Positions 35,769 through 45,965 of a DNA stretch of 64,000 nucleotides are shown one piece after another; within the stretch, counting starts at the first letter, position 1, and each line of letters begins with the position of its first letter. Source of the stretch: Candidatus Omnitrophota bacterium. GTDB lineage: Bacteria; Omnitrophota; Gorgyraeia; B26-G9. The DNA lies in the NCBI GenBank assembly GCA_043826565.1, contig JBDRPX010000008.1, positions 17,744-81,743 of the forward strand, written 5' to 3'. Made by a program: the position numbers and the translations under genes. Below the pieces are notes generated by a model. That model was not told the DNA's origin. It saw only the letters and a list, made by a program, of their open reading frames with translations, and ran no database searches.

Positions 35769-36539
35769 TTATACTGTTATCTGAACGCCGTCTTCGGCAG
35801 CAATACTTTTGGGAAAAATCTTTACTGCATATTCCTGCGCGCGCTTTCTCTGGTCTTTATTTTTATAATTATGCGCGTCAAAATGCGTCAGGATCATTCT
35901 CTTTACCTTCGCTTCTTTGGCTAGTTTCGCCGCGGCCACCGGATCAAGATGCGGCCATCCGCTGTCATCCTGACCTTTCCTCAACGCGCATTCGGTAATA
36001 AGCAGATCCGCGTCTTTTGCTAAAATTTTAAAATTATCACAAACACCGGTATCGGTACAATAACTGATCACCTTTTTGTCAAAGGTAAAGCGATAACCAA
36101 AGCATCCTCCGCGATGAATAAGCTTACGAGTCTGAACAACTGCTCCCGGTATTTTCAATTCTTCAGAGATAGTCTTTATCGAGGTCGGAAATGCTAGCAC
36201 CTTCGGCGGCATTGTATACGGTGAATCGAACAAAGTTTTAAGCGCGGAATTCATTTCCCGGGGCACAATCACAAATAACCCTTTAGGCATCTTGAATTTA
36301 GCCAGAGCATGCAAACCGATAACATGATCTAAATGAAGGTGGCTTAAAAAAATATATGTCGGGTTACGCGGGTCAAGATAACGGTCGGCCTTAGCCAAGC
36401 CAAATCCGGCATCAAGAAAAATATTGCATCGGCTGGCCTTTATAAGCGTGCAAATAGTATTGCCTGTATCTGTATCATACCATCCGTTTGTACCTAAAAA
36501 TATTACTTTCAATTTCCTGCCCTTTCTTAGTAATAACAA
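35769..36539 (-). CDS. MBL-fold metallo-hydrolase
   Basis: 256 aa; HLHLDHVIGL metal-binding motif. Confidence 0.75.
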   Translation of the reverse strand: MLLLRKGRKLKVIFLGTNGWYDTDTGNTICTLIKASRCNIFLDAGFGLAKADRYLDPRNPTYIFLSHLHLDHVIGLHALAKFKMPKGLFVIVPREMNSALKTLFDSPYTMPPKVLAFPTSIKTISEELKIPGAVVQTRKLIHRGGCFGYRFTFDKKVISYCTDTGVCDNFKILAKDADLLITECALRKGQDDSGWPHLDPVAAAKLAKEAKVKRMILTHFDAHNYKNKDQRKRAQEYAVKIFPKSIAAEDGVQITV

Positions 36540-36549
36540 CTAAGTATTA

Positions 36550-36915
36550 TTAAATATCATCAGGGATATCATTGCGTATTAATGCCAAAATTGCTGACTG
36601 GGGAACAATCACATAAGTTGTGCCTTCAAACTCGATTTCTACCGCAGAATTACGCAAAAACACCGCCCGGTCACCATTTTTTGCCTGCAGAGGAAAGTAC
36701 CTGGTTTTGCTCTCCCGTTCTTTCCAGGGTTCCTCAGACACATCCTGCGGCTCAGCCACCGGGATTCCCGGGCCGACTTTTATGACTTTTCCGCTATGAA
36801 CTTTTTCTTTTTCATAAGCGCTTTGCGGAAGGTATAATCCCGAAGAAGTCATCTCCTTGGCATTATCCGGCTTAATCAGCACCCGGTCTCCGATAACAAT
36901 CAAATCTCGTCCCAT
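36550..36915 (-). CDS. GroES/Cpn10-like co-chaperonin family protein
   Basis: start at internal MGRDL; DRVLIKP..SGLYLP..GKVIKVGPG..GDRVLF..YVIV pattern parallels GroES. Confidence 0.4.
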   Translation of the reverse strand: MGRDLIVIGDRVLIKPDNAKEMTSSGLYLPQSAYEKEKVHSGKVIKVGPGIPVAEPQDVSEEPWKERESKTRYFPLQAKNGDRAVFLRNSAVEIEFEGTTYVIVPQSAILALIRNDIPDDI

Positions 36916-37086
36916 AACAATCCTTATTCTATCCTTCGGCGCGTTTACTCTCACACACACGATAACTTAAAAACCTATTTTAATCCTGTGAAAATTGAAT
37001 ATTGAGAATTGAAAATTGTACCCAAAAAATATTTTTAAAATTTCTTAACTGGAGAACAATCATCAACTTTCTATTTTCTACTTTCA

Positions 37087-38139
37087 TTATGTTTTATTTA
37101 CATACAGCGTCTGTGTCGGATAAGCAAACTCAATACTTCTTTTTGCAAATTCCTGCATGATTTTAAGATTGATCTCCTGCTGTATATCCATATACTTATT
37201 ATAATCCGCTCCGATAACATAATATACTATTTCAATTTTCAGAGCAAAATCACCGTACGCGGAAAAATGCGCCCGATCAAATTTAGCATCACTAATTCCA
37301 TTAATAATACTCTTAATAATCCCAGGGATTTCTTTTACCTGCGCCTGAGTAGTCTGATAAGTAACCCCCAGAGAAAAAACAACCCGGCGCTGCTCCATTC
37401 TTTTGTAATTACGTACCCGGGAATTCGTTAGATCAGTATTGGAAAAAATCAACTGCTCTCCCCCCAGACTGCGAATCCGCGTGGTCTTAATCCCGATATT
37501 TTCCACCGCCCCCATATAATCACCGATAATAATAAAATCACCGATCTCAAAAGGCCGGTCAAACATAATCGAGAAAAAGCTGAACAGATCCCCCAAAACT
37601 GCCTGCGCAGCCAAAGCAACGGCAATACCTCCGATCCCTAACCCGGCAATAACCGCGGAAACATTAAAACCCATATTATCCAGGAGAAAAACAATACCGA
37701 CTCCCCAGACAACTATTCTAACCACAAGCAGAAGGCCTTTAAGGCTGCGTTCCCTGGCTTCATTTTTTTCTTTTCCCAGTAAAAAAGGCAGCATAATAAA
37801 ATTCATAAATGATATCAATGTCCGTATTGCCACTATTGTTAAAATAAAAGCTCCCAGGAGATTAATACCTTTTTTTAATGATTCGGGTAAAACCAGTCCT
37901 TGAATACCTATATATAGAGCCCCGAAATACAAAAGCGGCATAATTCCCCGCTGCAGTAAACGTACCGCGAAATCATCCGCCATGGTCGCGGTCTTTTTCG
38001 CCCAGGTTTTTAAACGAGTAATAATAATTTTTTTTATTAATAAAAGCGCCAGAATCCCCAGGATAAAACTCCCCAAACAAATCAGATAATCTAAAACCCG
38101 ATTACCCAGAATCATTTTTTGTAAAATATCTAAATTCAT
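37087..38139 (-). CDS. mechanosensitive ion channel (MscS family)
   Basis: 350 aa; TM helices followed by MscS beta-domain (GDFIIIGDYMGAVENIGIKTTRIR). Confidence 0.8.
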   Translation of the reverse strand: MNLDILQKMILGNRVLDYLICLGSFILGILALLLIKKIIITRLKTWAKKTATMADDFAVRLLQRGIMPLLYFGALYIGIQGLVLPESLKKGINLLGAFILTIVAIRTLISFMNFIMLPFLLGKEKNEARERSLKGLLLVVRIVVWGVGIVFLLDNMGFNVSAVIAGLGIGGIAVALAAQAVLGDLFSFFSIMFDRPFEIGDFIIIGDYMGAVENIGIKTTRIRSLGGEQLIFSNTDLTNSRVRNYKRMEQRRVVFSLGVTYQTTQAQVKEIPGIIKSIINGISDAKFDRAHFSAYGDFALKIEIVYYVIGADYNKYMDIQQEINLKIMQEFAKRSIEFAYPTQTLYVNKT

Positions 38140-38396
38140 AACTCTCTCCTTACCATAGACTTCTTAAGATAGTTGGCCTTAAGATCCTATTTTACTATTT
38201 TATAATATGTTATGTCATGTTCTTTTCTATGTCAAGCAATTATGAGCTTCTGCCATCTATTTACCATCATTACAGAGATATATCTATATAACATATTACA
38301 AAATAAGAAGTTACCACCCCTAGGTTCCTCGGCGCTTTTGCTTGTAAAAATTCCGGGATATGATATACTTTATTGATTTTGAGGTTTCTTTAATAT

Positions 38397-38558
38397 GGGT
38401 CATTCTTATTTAGGTTCAAAATTAAAGAATGTCCTTGATTACAATGATTTAGAAGCAGATTACAGCGATTGTCTACGTTTGATAGGAAATGAATCTGTGT
38501 AATCGTATTTAATCTGTGAAATCAGGTTCTTTTATTCAGCTTAAACAAGAAAGAACCT
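38397..38558 (+). repeat. 161-bp structured direct repeat, copy 1
   Basis: ~90% identical to 40471-40631; three internal hairpins (GGGTCATTCTT..AAGAATGTCC; GATTACA..TGTAATC; AGGTTCTTT-17nt-AAAGAACCT). Confidence 0.6.
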
Positions 38559-38584
38559 TAATATTGTTTAATTCGCGGTGAAAA

Positions 38585-40465
38585 ATGAATATATTTAAAA
38601 CAAATACGCTCAAGAATATCTGCTATATTAGCTGCCTGCTTACAATTATAGCCGCGGCTCTATTATGCCCTGCAGCTGCTGTCTGCTTTGCCAAAAATGT
38701 AGAAATACCAAACACGCTTTCCCCTAAGGTTCAGATAAAAGATGACGGCCTTGCCGAAGCATTTAACGAGTTCGTCAGTTCACAATCACTTCTTGGAAAA
38801 GTTTCCTTACCGGCAAAATGTATCCCCATGAAAAGTGTGCGTGAATACGGAGTAAAGATAAATAATGTGTCGACAAACTTTAAAATCGGAAAATATAACT
38901 TCAGAGTCCCCCCATATATTGCTGATCGCGTATATCGTGTTCACATCACCGACATTGATGCTGATAAGCTTACCTTTCAAAAAATGGGAATCGGTGTCGG
39001 ACAAAGACGCCCGACAAAAGCCGTTGTCCTGGCAGATTCCAAACATCCGAAAAACCAACTACTGATCTTTGATGACGGACAAACCATAAAAATAACCCGC
39101 TTAGGCGCTCCCGGATTTGTGGAAACCGTAAATTTCGGAGCCCAAGCACAGTTTAATGAAATGTCCCGCCAGGATTCTTTTTTGGAAAGAACAACACTCG
39201 GCAGCGCCTTTTTAGACGAAGTATTCGGTCTTAGCCAAGAAAGTAAGCCCCGGGCAGGAGATATTGTAAAAGCTTTAACAGAATTAGCGAAAAGCAATCC
39301 GAAACTAAAAAAACCGCTTCCGATTACACTGGCTTTCTTCTCCCAGGATTATATATTAACTTTTTCCCGGGAACTAATAAAATATTCCTCTGTATCAGTG
39401 CTGCGCGACCGGGAACAACGGGGCCGGTTCATAGCTATTGTCGATGAATTAAATCCGGAAAATTTCGTTGTTTTTGAACGCCGGGGAGAAAAAGTCGTTC
39501 TTTTGGGAAATAACGAACAAGCAATCATCGGACAACTAGTAAAAAAAGAAACCTCCGAGAATTTTTATTTTTCAGATTATACAGAAAGCGCGAAATTCTG
39601 CCGCACTGTTTCCCGGGAATTAGTCACCTACTCTCCCACAAAATCAGCCAGCAGTTTCAGCGTTAGAAAAGGCCTGCAATTACACGTCGGAGTAGATAAT
39701 CAGGATATTGGAATTCTTAAGGTGCATCAGGTAACCCAGGCAACAACAAGCGGACAGCAGATAAAACACCGTCCCCCGACAGAAACCGAGTCATTAATCT
39801 GGGAATCTTATCCTCTATATATCTTAGATGAGGATTTTCCCCAAGTATTGCCAATGGAAACCACCCCTATCCGCTGGGGAAACCCGGAATTTTTAACATT
39901 CCCTGTAGAAACACAGAAAGAATGGCCGGATTTCTTAAACCACAGCATATCCGGAGAAAATAGGTATTACCAAAAAATTGAGGGAATATATTTACGCAAA
40001 GGCAAAAAATACACTGTCTATAAATTTATCCGCCGGCAGGATGTTATCACGAAGATCATCTTTAATCAAGACGGGACTTTTAATATTAGCGGAATAACCT
40101 GGAACAACGGTATTCCGGTTGCCTTTAGAAATATCTCTCAGATATCTTTGCCATCACTGATAACCCAGTTAAATTCCAGCCGGTATATTGATATTGATCC
40201 CCAGCTAGCCGCACGCTTTGAATTAGGCGCTTTAATCGGCACACCTATTCGCGCGGTATATTCATTTAAGGATGGGGTGTTTGAACAGTCCGGGACCCTT
40301 CACTTAGATTCTTTAGATGACTTTGCCGGCTGGCAGCGAACAGAAGATGCTACAATTGCTCAAAGCCGCTGGCTAACCGAACAGGATATGCCCAGCAGCC
40401 TGGAATTGTTTGGACAAAGAATAAGGATGACTATTCCGCGCAATCTTGTAGAACAGGCAATCTAA
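38585..40465 (+). CDS. secreted hypothetical protein (626 aa)
   Basis: signal peptide MNIFKTNTLKNICYISCLLTIIAAALLCPAAAVCFA; no recognised domain; flanked by the 161-bp repeats. Confidence 0.5.
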   Translation: MNIFKTNTLKNICYISCLLTIIAAALLCPAAAVCFAKNVEIPNTLSPKVQIKDDGLAEAFNEFVSSQSLLGKVSLPAKCIPMKSVREYGVKINNVSTNFKIGKYNFRVPPYIADRVYRVHITDIDADKLTFQKMGIGVGQRRPTKAVVLADSKHPKNQLLIFDDGQTIKITRLGAPGFVETVNFGAQAQFNEMSRQDSFLERTTLGSAFLDEVFGLSQESKPRAGDIVKALTELAKSNPKLKKPLPITLAFFSQDYILTFSRELIKYSSVSVLRDREQRGRFIAIVDELNPENFVVFERRGEKVVLLGNNEQAIIGQLVKKETSENFYFSDYTESAKFCRTVSRELVTYSPTKSASSFSVRKGLQLHVGVDNQDIGILKVHQVTQATTSGQQIKHRPPTETESLIWESYPLYILDEDFPQVLPMETTPIRWGNPEFLTFPVETQKEWPDFLNHSISGENRYYQKIEGIYLRKGKKYTVYKFIRRQDVITKIIFNQDGTFNISGITWNNGIPVAFRNISQISLPSLITQLNSSRYIDIDPQLAARFELGALIGTPIRAVYSFKDGVFEQSGTLHLDSLDDFAGWQRTEDATIAQSRWLTEQDMPSSLELFGQRIRMTIPRNLVEQAI

Positions 40466-40470
40466 CTTAT

Positions 40471-40631
40471 GGGGCATTCTTTAGATTGAAAAATTAAAGA
40501 ATGCCCCTGATTACAATGATTTAGAAGCAGATTACAGCGATTGTCTACGTTTGATAAAAAATGAATCTGTGTAATCGTATTTTAATCTGTGAAATCAGGT
40601 TCTTTTATTCAACTTAAACAAGAAAGAACCT
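40471..40631 (+). repeat. 161-bp structured direct repeat, copy 2
   Basis: perfect hairpin GGGGCATTCTTTA-11nt-TAAAGAATGCCCC plus the two other hairpins as in copy 1. Confidence 0.6.
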
Positions 40632-40634
40632 AAC

Positions 40635-40847
40635 TTATTGCGGCTTTTTGAAAAAATCTTCAGAGATATATTTGGGGATATTCTTTAGATAAGAAAAAAA
40701 TCTATCCCATTCCAGATCATGCTTATAATTTGTTATCCGGGTAGACCCTCTTTTGGTTACCTCTTTAGTTATTACCCAGGTGCCGCTTTTTAAAAAAACA
40801 TAACCAAAAAAAATAACAACAATTAAAAAATATATTAATTTTTTCAT
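40635..40847 (-). CDS. small membrane protein, hypothetical
   Basis: 70 aa ORF with N-terminal TM helix. Confidence 0.3.
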   Translation of the reverse strand: MKKLIYFLIVVIFFGYVFLKSGTWVITKEVTKRGSTRITNYKHDLEWDRFFSYLKNIPKYISEDFFKKPQ

Positions 40848-40868
40848 ATCTACGCCGCTGGGAATTGG

Positions 40869-41276
40869 TTATTTAAGTTTTTCTTCCTGCGCTAATTCAA
40901 CAAACTCATCAATAGCTTTCTTATCGGCATCAGCTATATTGGTAAACAAAATTCCTAAACGATGCCCCATCTCTTTCCAAACCACATTATAACGGACTTC
41001 CCCGATAATTTCCATCGACCGGACCTGATCGTCACGATTAGATTTAAGATTCACTAAGGTAAATTTAATAGAAAGAACAGTATCGGCAGGAATATCATAC
41101 TCTGTAGCAATCGCCATCCCTTTTGAACTTAAATTAACCATCAGCGCGATTATTCTAAGCTTATCCCCTATTCTCATATGCGCGATCAGCGCGCCGTCAG
41201 GTTTATAGGTAACGATAAAATTTACTGAGACCCTCTTTGCTTGGCGATTTTCCGTTCCATCAAAAGTTTCACTCAT
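40869..41276 (-). CDS. PilZ domain protein (c-di-GMP receptor)
   Basis: start taken at MSETFDG; RQAKR (RxxxR) and NLSSKGMAI (D/NxSxxG) PilZ motifs. Confidence 0.55.
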   Translation of the reverse strand: MSETFDGTENRQAKRVSVNFIVTYKPDGALIAHMRIGDKLRIIALMVNLSSKGMAIATEYDIPADTVLSIKFTLVNLKSNRDDQVRSMEIIGEVRYNVVWKEMGHRLGILFTNIADADKKAIDEFVELAQEEKLK

Positions 41277-41429
41277 CCGATAATCTCCTTTATTTTGCCG
41301 GCCATAAGATGTAACCGCAATAATTGTATAATGTTTTGAACATTTTTTCAAGACAAATATAGTATTTTGTCTTAAAAGTAACTAGTTACCAGTAACCAGG
41401 GTAAAAACATTTTTTGTCTTTATTATATA

Positions 41430-41804
41430 TTATTTTTTTTCACCTGTCATCTGTTGGGCTTCTTGAAGCTGTGCCTGTTTTTCCTTAAGCACAGATCGCG
41501 TGTTCGCCTGAATGGATTCAAGGATTTCAATAAGATCCTGTTTTACCTTGACCATATCCGGAAATTCATCATCTTTTGTATTATTTTTCTTATACTCATT
41601 CAGTTCATTATTTTTTAGTTCAATTTTCCCCTGCTGCTGCTGAATTCTGTGCTCAAGATCAGCTATAGATTTTTCCAAATAAATAGCTTTTTTTTGAGCA
41701 TATTGTTCCGGATTAAATACCTTATGAACTTTAGGAATACCCCATAGGATAATTACGGCGGCAATCAGAACGAACAGGATCAGATTTTTCCTATTTATTT
41801 TCAT
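41430..41804 (-). CDS. coiled-coil membrane protein (FtsB/DivIC-like?)
   Basis: 124 aa; N-terminal TM then Q-rich coiled coil. Confidence 0.35.
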   Translation of the reverse strand: MKINRKNLILFVLIAAVIILWGIPKVHKVFNPEQYAQKKAIYLEKSIADLEHRIQQQQGKIELKNNELNEYKKNNTKDDEFPDMVKVKQDLIEILESIQANTRSVLKEKQAQLQEAQQMTGEKK

Positions 41805-42073
41805 ACCTTCTCATTCTTTGACTGCCGCTGCCGCAGCCCACATCAAGGATGCTCTCATTACTTTCCGGTTTAAGCATTTTCATAACCATGGCCGTGCGGC
41901 AAAGCTGCTCCTACTCCACTATCGGCTTCGTAGATATTATCTTATTTCAATTTACTGCACTTTTATTGAAGAAGTTTTTGATCTCGTTCATTTAACCCTC
42001 TAAATTCTAAAGCATTTGCTTCCGCCATTGAACCGCAACATCTAATCATTATTATAAGTGTTCTCCTTACCCA

Positions 42074-42490
42074 TTAAACATGCTCCGCAAATAATCCCCG
42101 CAGCTCATCAGCATCATCAATCATTACTGGGCCTTCTACAACCTCTCCATCCTCAAAAAACACAAACCGCGGCACAGCGTCTATTTCATATTTAAGAAGC
42201 AAATCATTATTTCTGCGGCAGTTCACTGTCACCACTTTTAGGTTCCCTTCCAGCTCTTCAGCCAACTCATCCAGAATCGGACTAATCTTTGTACAGGTAG
42301 GATTAACTGTTGTATAGAAAACCACCGCTACTTTACCGGAACTATCAATAACTTCCGCATCAAAATGATCCATTCCTTTGACATCAACAATAAGGCGTGA
42401 AGATGTATATCCGCGATTACCGGAACATCCGGAGAAAACAATACAAATTAAAAACATAATGGCTGTTAAATAAATCATTTTATTTTGCAT
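42074..42490 (-). CDS. thioredoxin-fold lipoprotein
   Basis: lipobox FSGCSG; thioredoxin-like fold with single Cys (NPTC) in place of CxxC. Confidence 0.45.
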   Translation of the reverse strand: MQNKMIYLTAIMFLICIVFSGCSGNRGYTSSRLIVDVKGMDHFDAEVIDSSGKVAVVFYTTVNPTCTKISPILDELAEELEGNLKVVTVNCRRNNDLLLKYEIDAVPRFVFFEDGEVVEGPVMIDDADELRGLFAEHV

Positions 42491-43185
42491 CAACACCCTC
42501 CGTTTTTTCTCCTTGCTGCTAAGCACCCCATTATCCCCGTTAAAAACAACAAAATACTCGACGGCTCGGGAATGGAAAAATTAATATCATCCCAGCAGGT
42601 CGGATTCGGGGAATAATATTCCTCAGGCAACGGGTTCAACCCATCGTCATCCCACCAGGTCATTAAAGTAATTTTAGCCTGGGTAGCCGGCTGCGGAATT
42701 CGGCCTTCGTAACTTGAAAATATCCACTCTCCTTTAGGCAGATCATCAATTGTATATTCTGCAACATCAATCGTGATTCCGGACGCATTTATGAACTCTA
42801 TATTTACTCCGGACCAGTATGTGGCCAGCTCTCCCCCGGCATTTGCTTGATGTGAATTAAATGAGAGATTATAATATGCGCCTCCTTTAGCATTCACCAC
42901 CTGCGACAGTCCCCCGTCCCAAAAGCATTTTGCATACCAGGAGCCGTCAGTGGCAAAAGGGAAATTTGCTGACCTTTGCCAATTATTATATGACGGCTCT
43001 TGACCGCCCCAAATAATTTCCCAACCCGGAAATTTTCCGGTAGCTGTATTTCCTGATGCTGGTGTTTCAAAACTTCCATTAACTATTTCATTGCCGATGG
43101 CAAAAGCAGGCGGTGTACATACTAAAACTGCAGCCAGCACTAACAATACACACAACTTCATAATTACCTCCTTTTTAGAGGACAA
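42490..43185 (-). CDS. PEP-CTERM sorting domain secreted protein
   Basis: signal peptide MKLCVLLVLAAVLVCTPPAFA; C-terminal PEP-TM-RRK (IPEPSSILLFLTGIMGCLAARRK). Confidence 0.55.
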   Translation of the reverse strand: MSSKKEVIMKLCVLLVLAAVLVCTPPAFAIGNEIVNGSFETPASGNTATGKFPGWEIIWGGQEPSYNNWQRSANFPFATDGSWYAKCFWDGGLSQVVNAKGGAYYNLSFNSHQANAGGELATYWSGVNIEFINASGITIDVAEYTIDDLPKGEWIFSSYEGRIPQPATQAKITLMTWWDDDGLNPLPEEYYSPNPTCWDDINFSIPEPSSILLFLTGIMGCLAARRKNGGC

Positions 43186-43207
43186 AATACCAGCATAGCT
43201 TAATTTT

Positions 43208-43942
43208 CTAACCGTTAGATGGGGTTAAATACGCATTATAATACTGCTCAATTTCTTCTAAGATATTCATATCCAGCTTAAACGACATAAAATCGATTGC
43301 CGAGCTCAGTTTAACCAGCGCATTAATAATCGCGTCTTCTTTGATAACCTGCCGGAGTTTATTGCAGATATTCTGATTCGCCTGAAAGATATCACTAAAG
43401 ATATCGGAAAGCTTTTTAAGCTGCCAGTCCGGCTCTTTCCCGTGCCTCTGCAGAAAATACTGCGCCAGCAGATACATGGTTATCAAGCGGTATGTTGTCT
43501 CTTCCGGGCGGGCAAAAGGCAGATGATATCTCACCATCGGTTTTAGAGGTTCAAAAACCGGACAACCGCTGGTCGACATATATATGCCCATCAGAGAACT
43601 TACCCCGACCTGCATATCCGTATTTTTGAGATAGCTTCTGTTTTCAGTTTCTATTAAAAGTTCTATCTTATCACAGGAAACCGCCCCTTTAAAAAACTCC
43701 ACCAGCTCCATAAGGTTTACCGCTACCGGACAGAACTCATGTTTTAACACATCAATCCGGCAATTCGGACATCGAAAATCTATCAGCGCCGCCCAATCCG
43801 GGGGATCTTGCTCCTTTTCCCGTATTAAATGCATAGTTTCATTATCCAATTTTACCAGGAACTCTTTTTTTGTTCCGTCGGTAAAAGTAAATGTATACTT
43901 AAGCTCCATATATCCTCCCTTTTTCAATACATTATATCGCAT
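43208..43942 (-). CDS. hypothetical protein
   Basis: 244 aa ORF, Cys-rich (CPNC..C..C), no confident assignment. Confidence 0.4.
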   Translation of the reverse strand: MRYNVLKKGGYMELKYTFTFTDGTKKEFLVKLDNETMHLIREKEQDPPDWAALIDFRCPNCRIDVLKHEFCPVAVNLMELVEFFKGAVSCDKIELLIETENRSYLKNTDMQVGVSSLMGIYMSTSGCPVFEPLKPMVRYHLPFARPEETTYRLITMYLLAQYFLQRHGKEPDWQLKKLSDIFSDIFQANQNICNKLRQVIKEDAIINALVKLSSAIDFMSFKLDMNILEEIEQYYNAYLTPSNG

Positions 43943-44011
43943 ATTTGGAAAAAACCAAAAATATATTGAATCATTGAAAAATCCCTAAAATAGTGTAGAA
44001 TAAAATATGAT

Positions 44012-45619
44012 ATGAAAAGGAAAACTCTCACAATTCTTTTTGCGGATGTTCAGGGATATACTATTCGTACTGCCCGGCAAACACGCGAGCAGAACGAAAA
44101 ATTCATAAAAGAAATCCGTTCTTTTGTGGAAAAAAATATCCAGGAAAAAGACGGAACCCTGGTTAAATCCATGGGCGATGGATTTCTCATCACTTTTGAA
44201 TCCCCTACCGACGCGGTTGCCTGCGGACGGGAAATGCAAAGTCAAATCAAACAGCGTAATACCAACGCGCTGCACCATAATGATTACATTCGCTTTCGTA
44301 TCGGAATCAGCACCGGTGAAGTTAATGTTGATGATAACGGCGATGTATACGGAGAAGCTGTCAATATCGCTTCCCGCATCCAAAACTTTGCCAGCCCTAA
44401 TGACGTATTTCTCGCGGAAGCCACATATCTGGCGATGAATAAATCTGAAATTCAAGCCTTGGATCTCGGACCCCAGCGTTTTAAAAACATTGTCCAGGAA
44501 GTCCGGGTATATAAAGTATCTGACGGCAGTCCGGACTATGACACTCTGCTTCCGGCGCAAAAGGAATCATCAAAAAATAAAACACCTCTATTAACCGGCC
44601 TCATCATTCTAATAATCGCTGCCGGAATTATAGCTGTGCTGATCAAAAAAGAAAAACCCGAATCTTCACAATCCACCCAGGAACAGAAAAAAAACATCAG
44701 AGAACTTATGCAAATGGGGAATTATTCGGAAGTGATCAGCTTAGGTCAGAAGGAATTAAAAAAGAATCCTAACAATGCGAAACTTCATCTGTTAATCGGG
44801 GAAGCTTTTCTGCAAATCAGTGATTATAATCAGGCGGACCTGTATTTTCAGCAAGCCATTAGAATAGACCCCCTGATGCCGGCTTCATATTTTAAGCTGG
44901 CGGTAGTTTTTGAGCAAACCCATCGTTATGAAGAAGCCATCCAGACGCTTGGAGAATATATAAATAAAGAAACCCGGGAATTTGAAAAAAGAAGAGCTCT
45001 AAAAAAAATGCGCGTACTTGAACAAAAAGCCGCTCAGCGTGAAGAAAAGCAGCTAGCCCATGAACAAATATTAAGCGAACTGGAAAGGCGGGAGCAAATT
45101 CTCAGAGAAAAAGAAGAAAAAGACCGTCAGGAACGGGAAAAAGCTTTAGAAGAACGCGAGCGGGAGCTGGAAAAAGAAAGACTAAGAATAGAATTAATGA
45201 AAGCACAAAAACAGGAACAACCTGCCCCGCAAAATACTCAGCCCCAGCAAAAGCAGCAGCCGAAGCAAAAAGAAAGCCTCATATCACTTATGAATGATGG
45301 CGATTATCTAAGGCTTGTAGAATACGGCGAAGAAGCTCTAGAAGAACGGCCGGATAATGTCAAGATCCGCTTACTGGTCGGCGAAGCTTATTTTAAAATG
45401 GAAAATTATGACCGGGCAATTATGCATTTTAAAAAAGCCTCGGAAGTTAACCCGGAAAATCCAAAACCCTATCAACGGCTTTACGTTATCTACGAAAGAA
45501 AAGGCGATCTGTTCAATACCCGTAAATATTTGCAGGAATATATAGACCACGAACCCCGTAATGACCAAAGAGAACTTGCTGAAGATAAGCTGAAAAACCT
45601 GCGGGGAAAAATGTGGTAG
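44012..45619 (+). CDS. adenylate/guanylate cyclase catalytic domain - TM - TPR repeat protein
   Basis: 535 aa; LTILFADVQGYT..KSMGDGFLITF class III cyclase motifs; TM helix; two TPR blocks separated by charged coiled coil. Confidence 0.75.
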   Translation: MKRKTLTILFADVQGYTIRTARQTREQNEKFIKEIRSFVEKNIQEKDGTLVKSMGDGFLITFESPTDAVACGREMQSQIKQRNTNALHHNDYIRFRIGISTGEVNVDDNGDVYGEAVNIASRIQNFASPNDVFLAEATYLAMNKSEIQALDLGPQRFKNIVQEVRVYKVSDGSPDYDTLLPAQKESSKNKTPLLTGLIILIIAAGIIAVLIKKEKPESSQSTQEQKKNIRELMQMGNYSEVISLGQKELKKNPNNAKLHLLIGEAFLQISDYNQADLYFQQAIRIDPLMPASYFKLAVVFEQTHRYEEAIQTLGEYINKETREFEKRRALKKMRVLEQKAAQREEKQLAHEQILSELERREQILREKEEKDRQEREKALEERERELEKERLRIELMKAQKQEQPAPQNTQPQQKQQPKQKESLISLMNDGDYLRLVEYGEEALEERPDNVKIRLLVGEAYFKMENYDRAIMHFKKASEVNPENPKPYQRLYVIYERKGDLFNTRKYLQEYIDHEPRNDQRELAEDKLKNLRGKMW

Positions 45620-45719
45620 TTAGGGCCTCCTAAACTTCCCGCCAAAAAAGGCAGGGATTGCGTCCCCGTCGTGTCGCTCATTGCGCTTGCCTTTCAGACA
45701 ATGCTCATCCACTCATGAT

Positions 45720-45965
45720 TTAATCTGTAAAAAATTTTTCTTTTATAATTCTCCGGCCGGTTGTAGACTTATAAAAACTCTCTTTTTGCCTAGCTTCTTT
45801 TAAAGTTGCAAAAGATTCTGTCTGAATAATGTTATATGGACGGTATGGACGAGAGGCTTTGACTCTACCGGCATTATGCATTGCTAAACGCTTAGTAATA
45901 TCATCAGCAACGCCGGTATAGGTTCGTGTTTTTCCCTTATTAAGAAGGATGTAAACATAATACAT
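45720..45965 (-). CDS. GIY-YIG nuclease family protein (small, stand-alone)
   Basis: 81 aa; YYVYILLNKGKTRTYTGVADDITKRLAMHN GIY-YIG signature. Confidence 0.65.
   Translation of the reverse strand: MYYVYILLNKGKTRTYTGVADDITKRLAMHNAGRVKASRPYRPYNIIQTESFATLKEARQKESFYKSTTGRRIIKEKFFTD

Noticed and set aside
43985-44560. 191-aa minus-strand ORF
   Set aside because: Entirely antisense to the well-supported adenylate cyclase-TPR gene 44012-45619; no motif; low-complexity translation.
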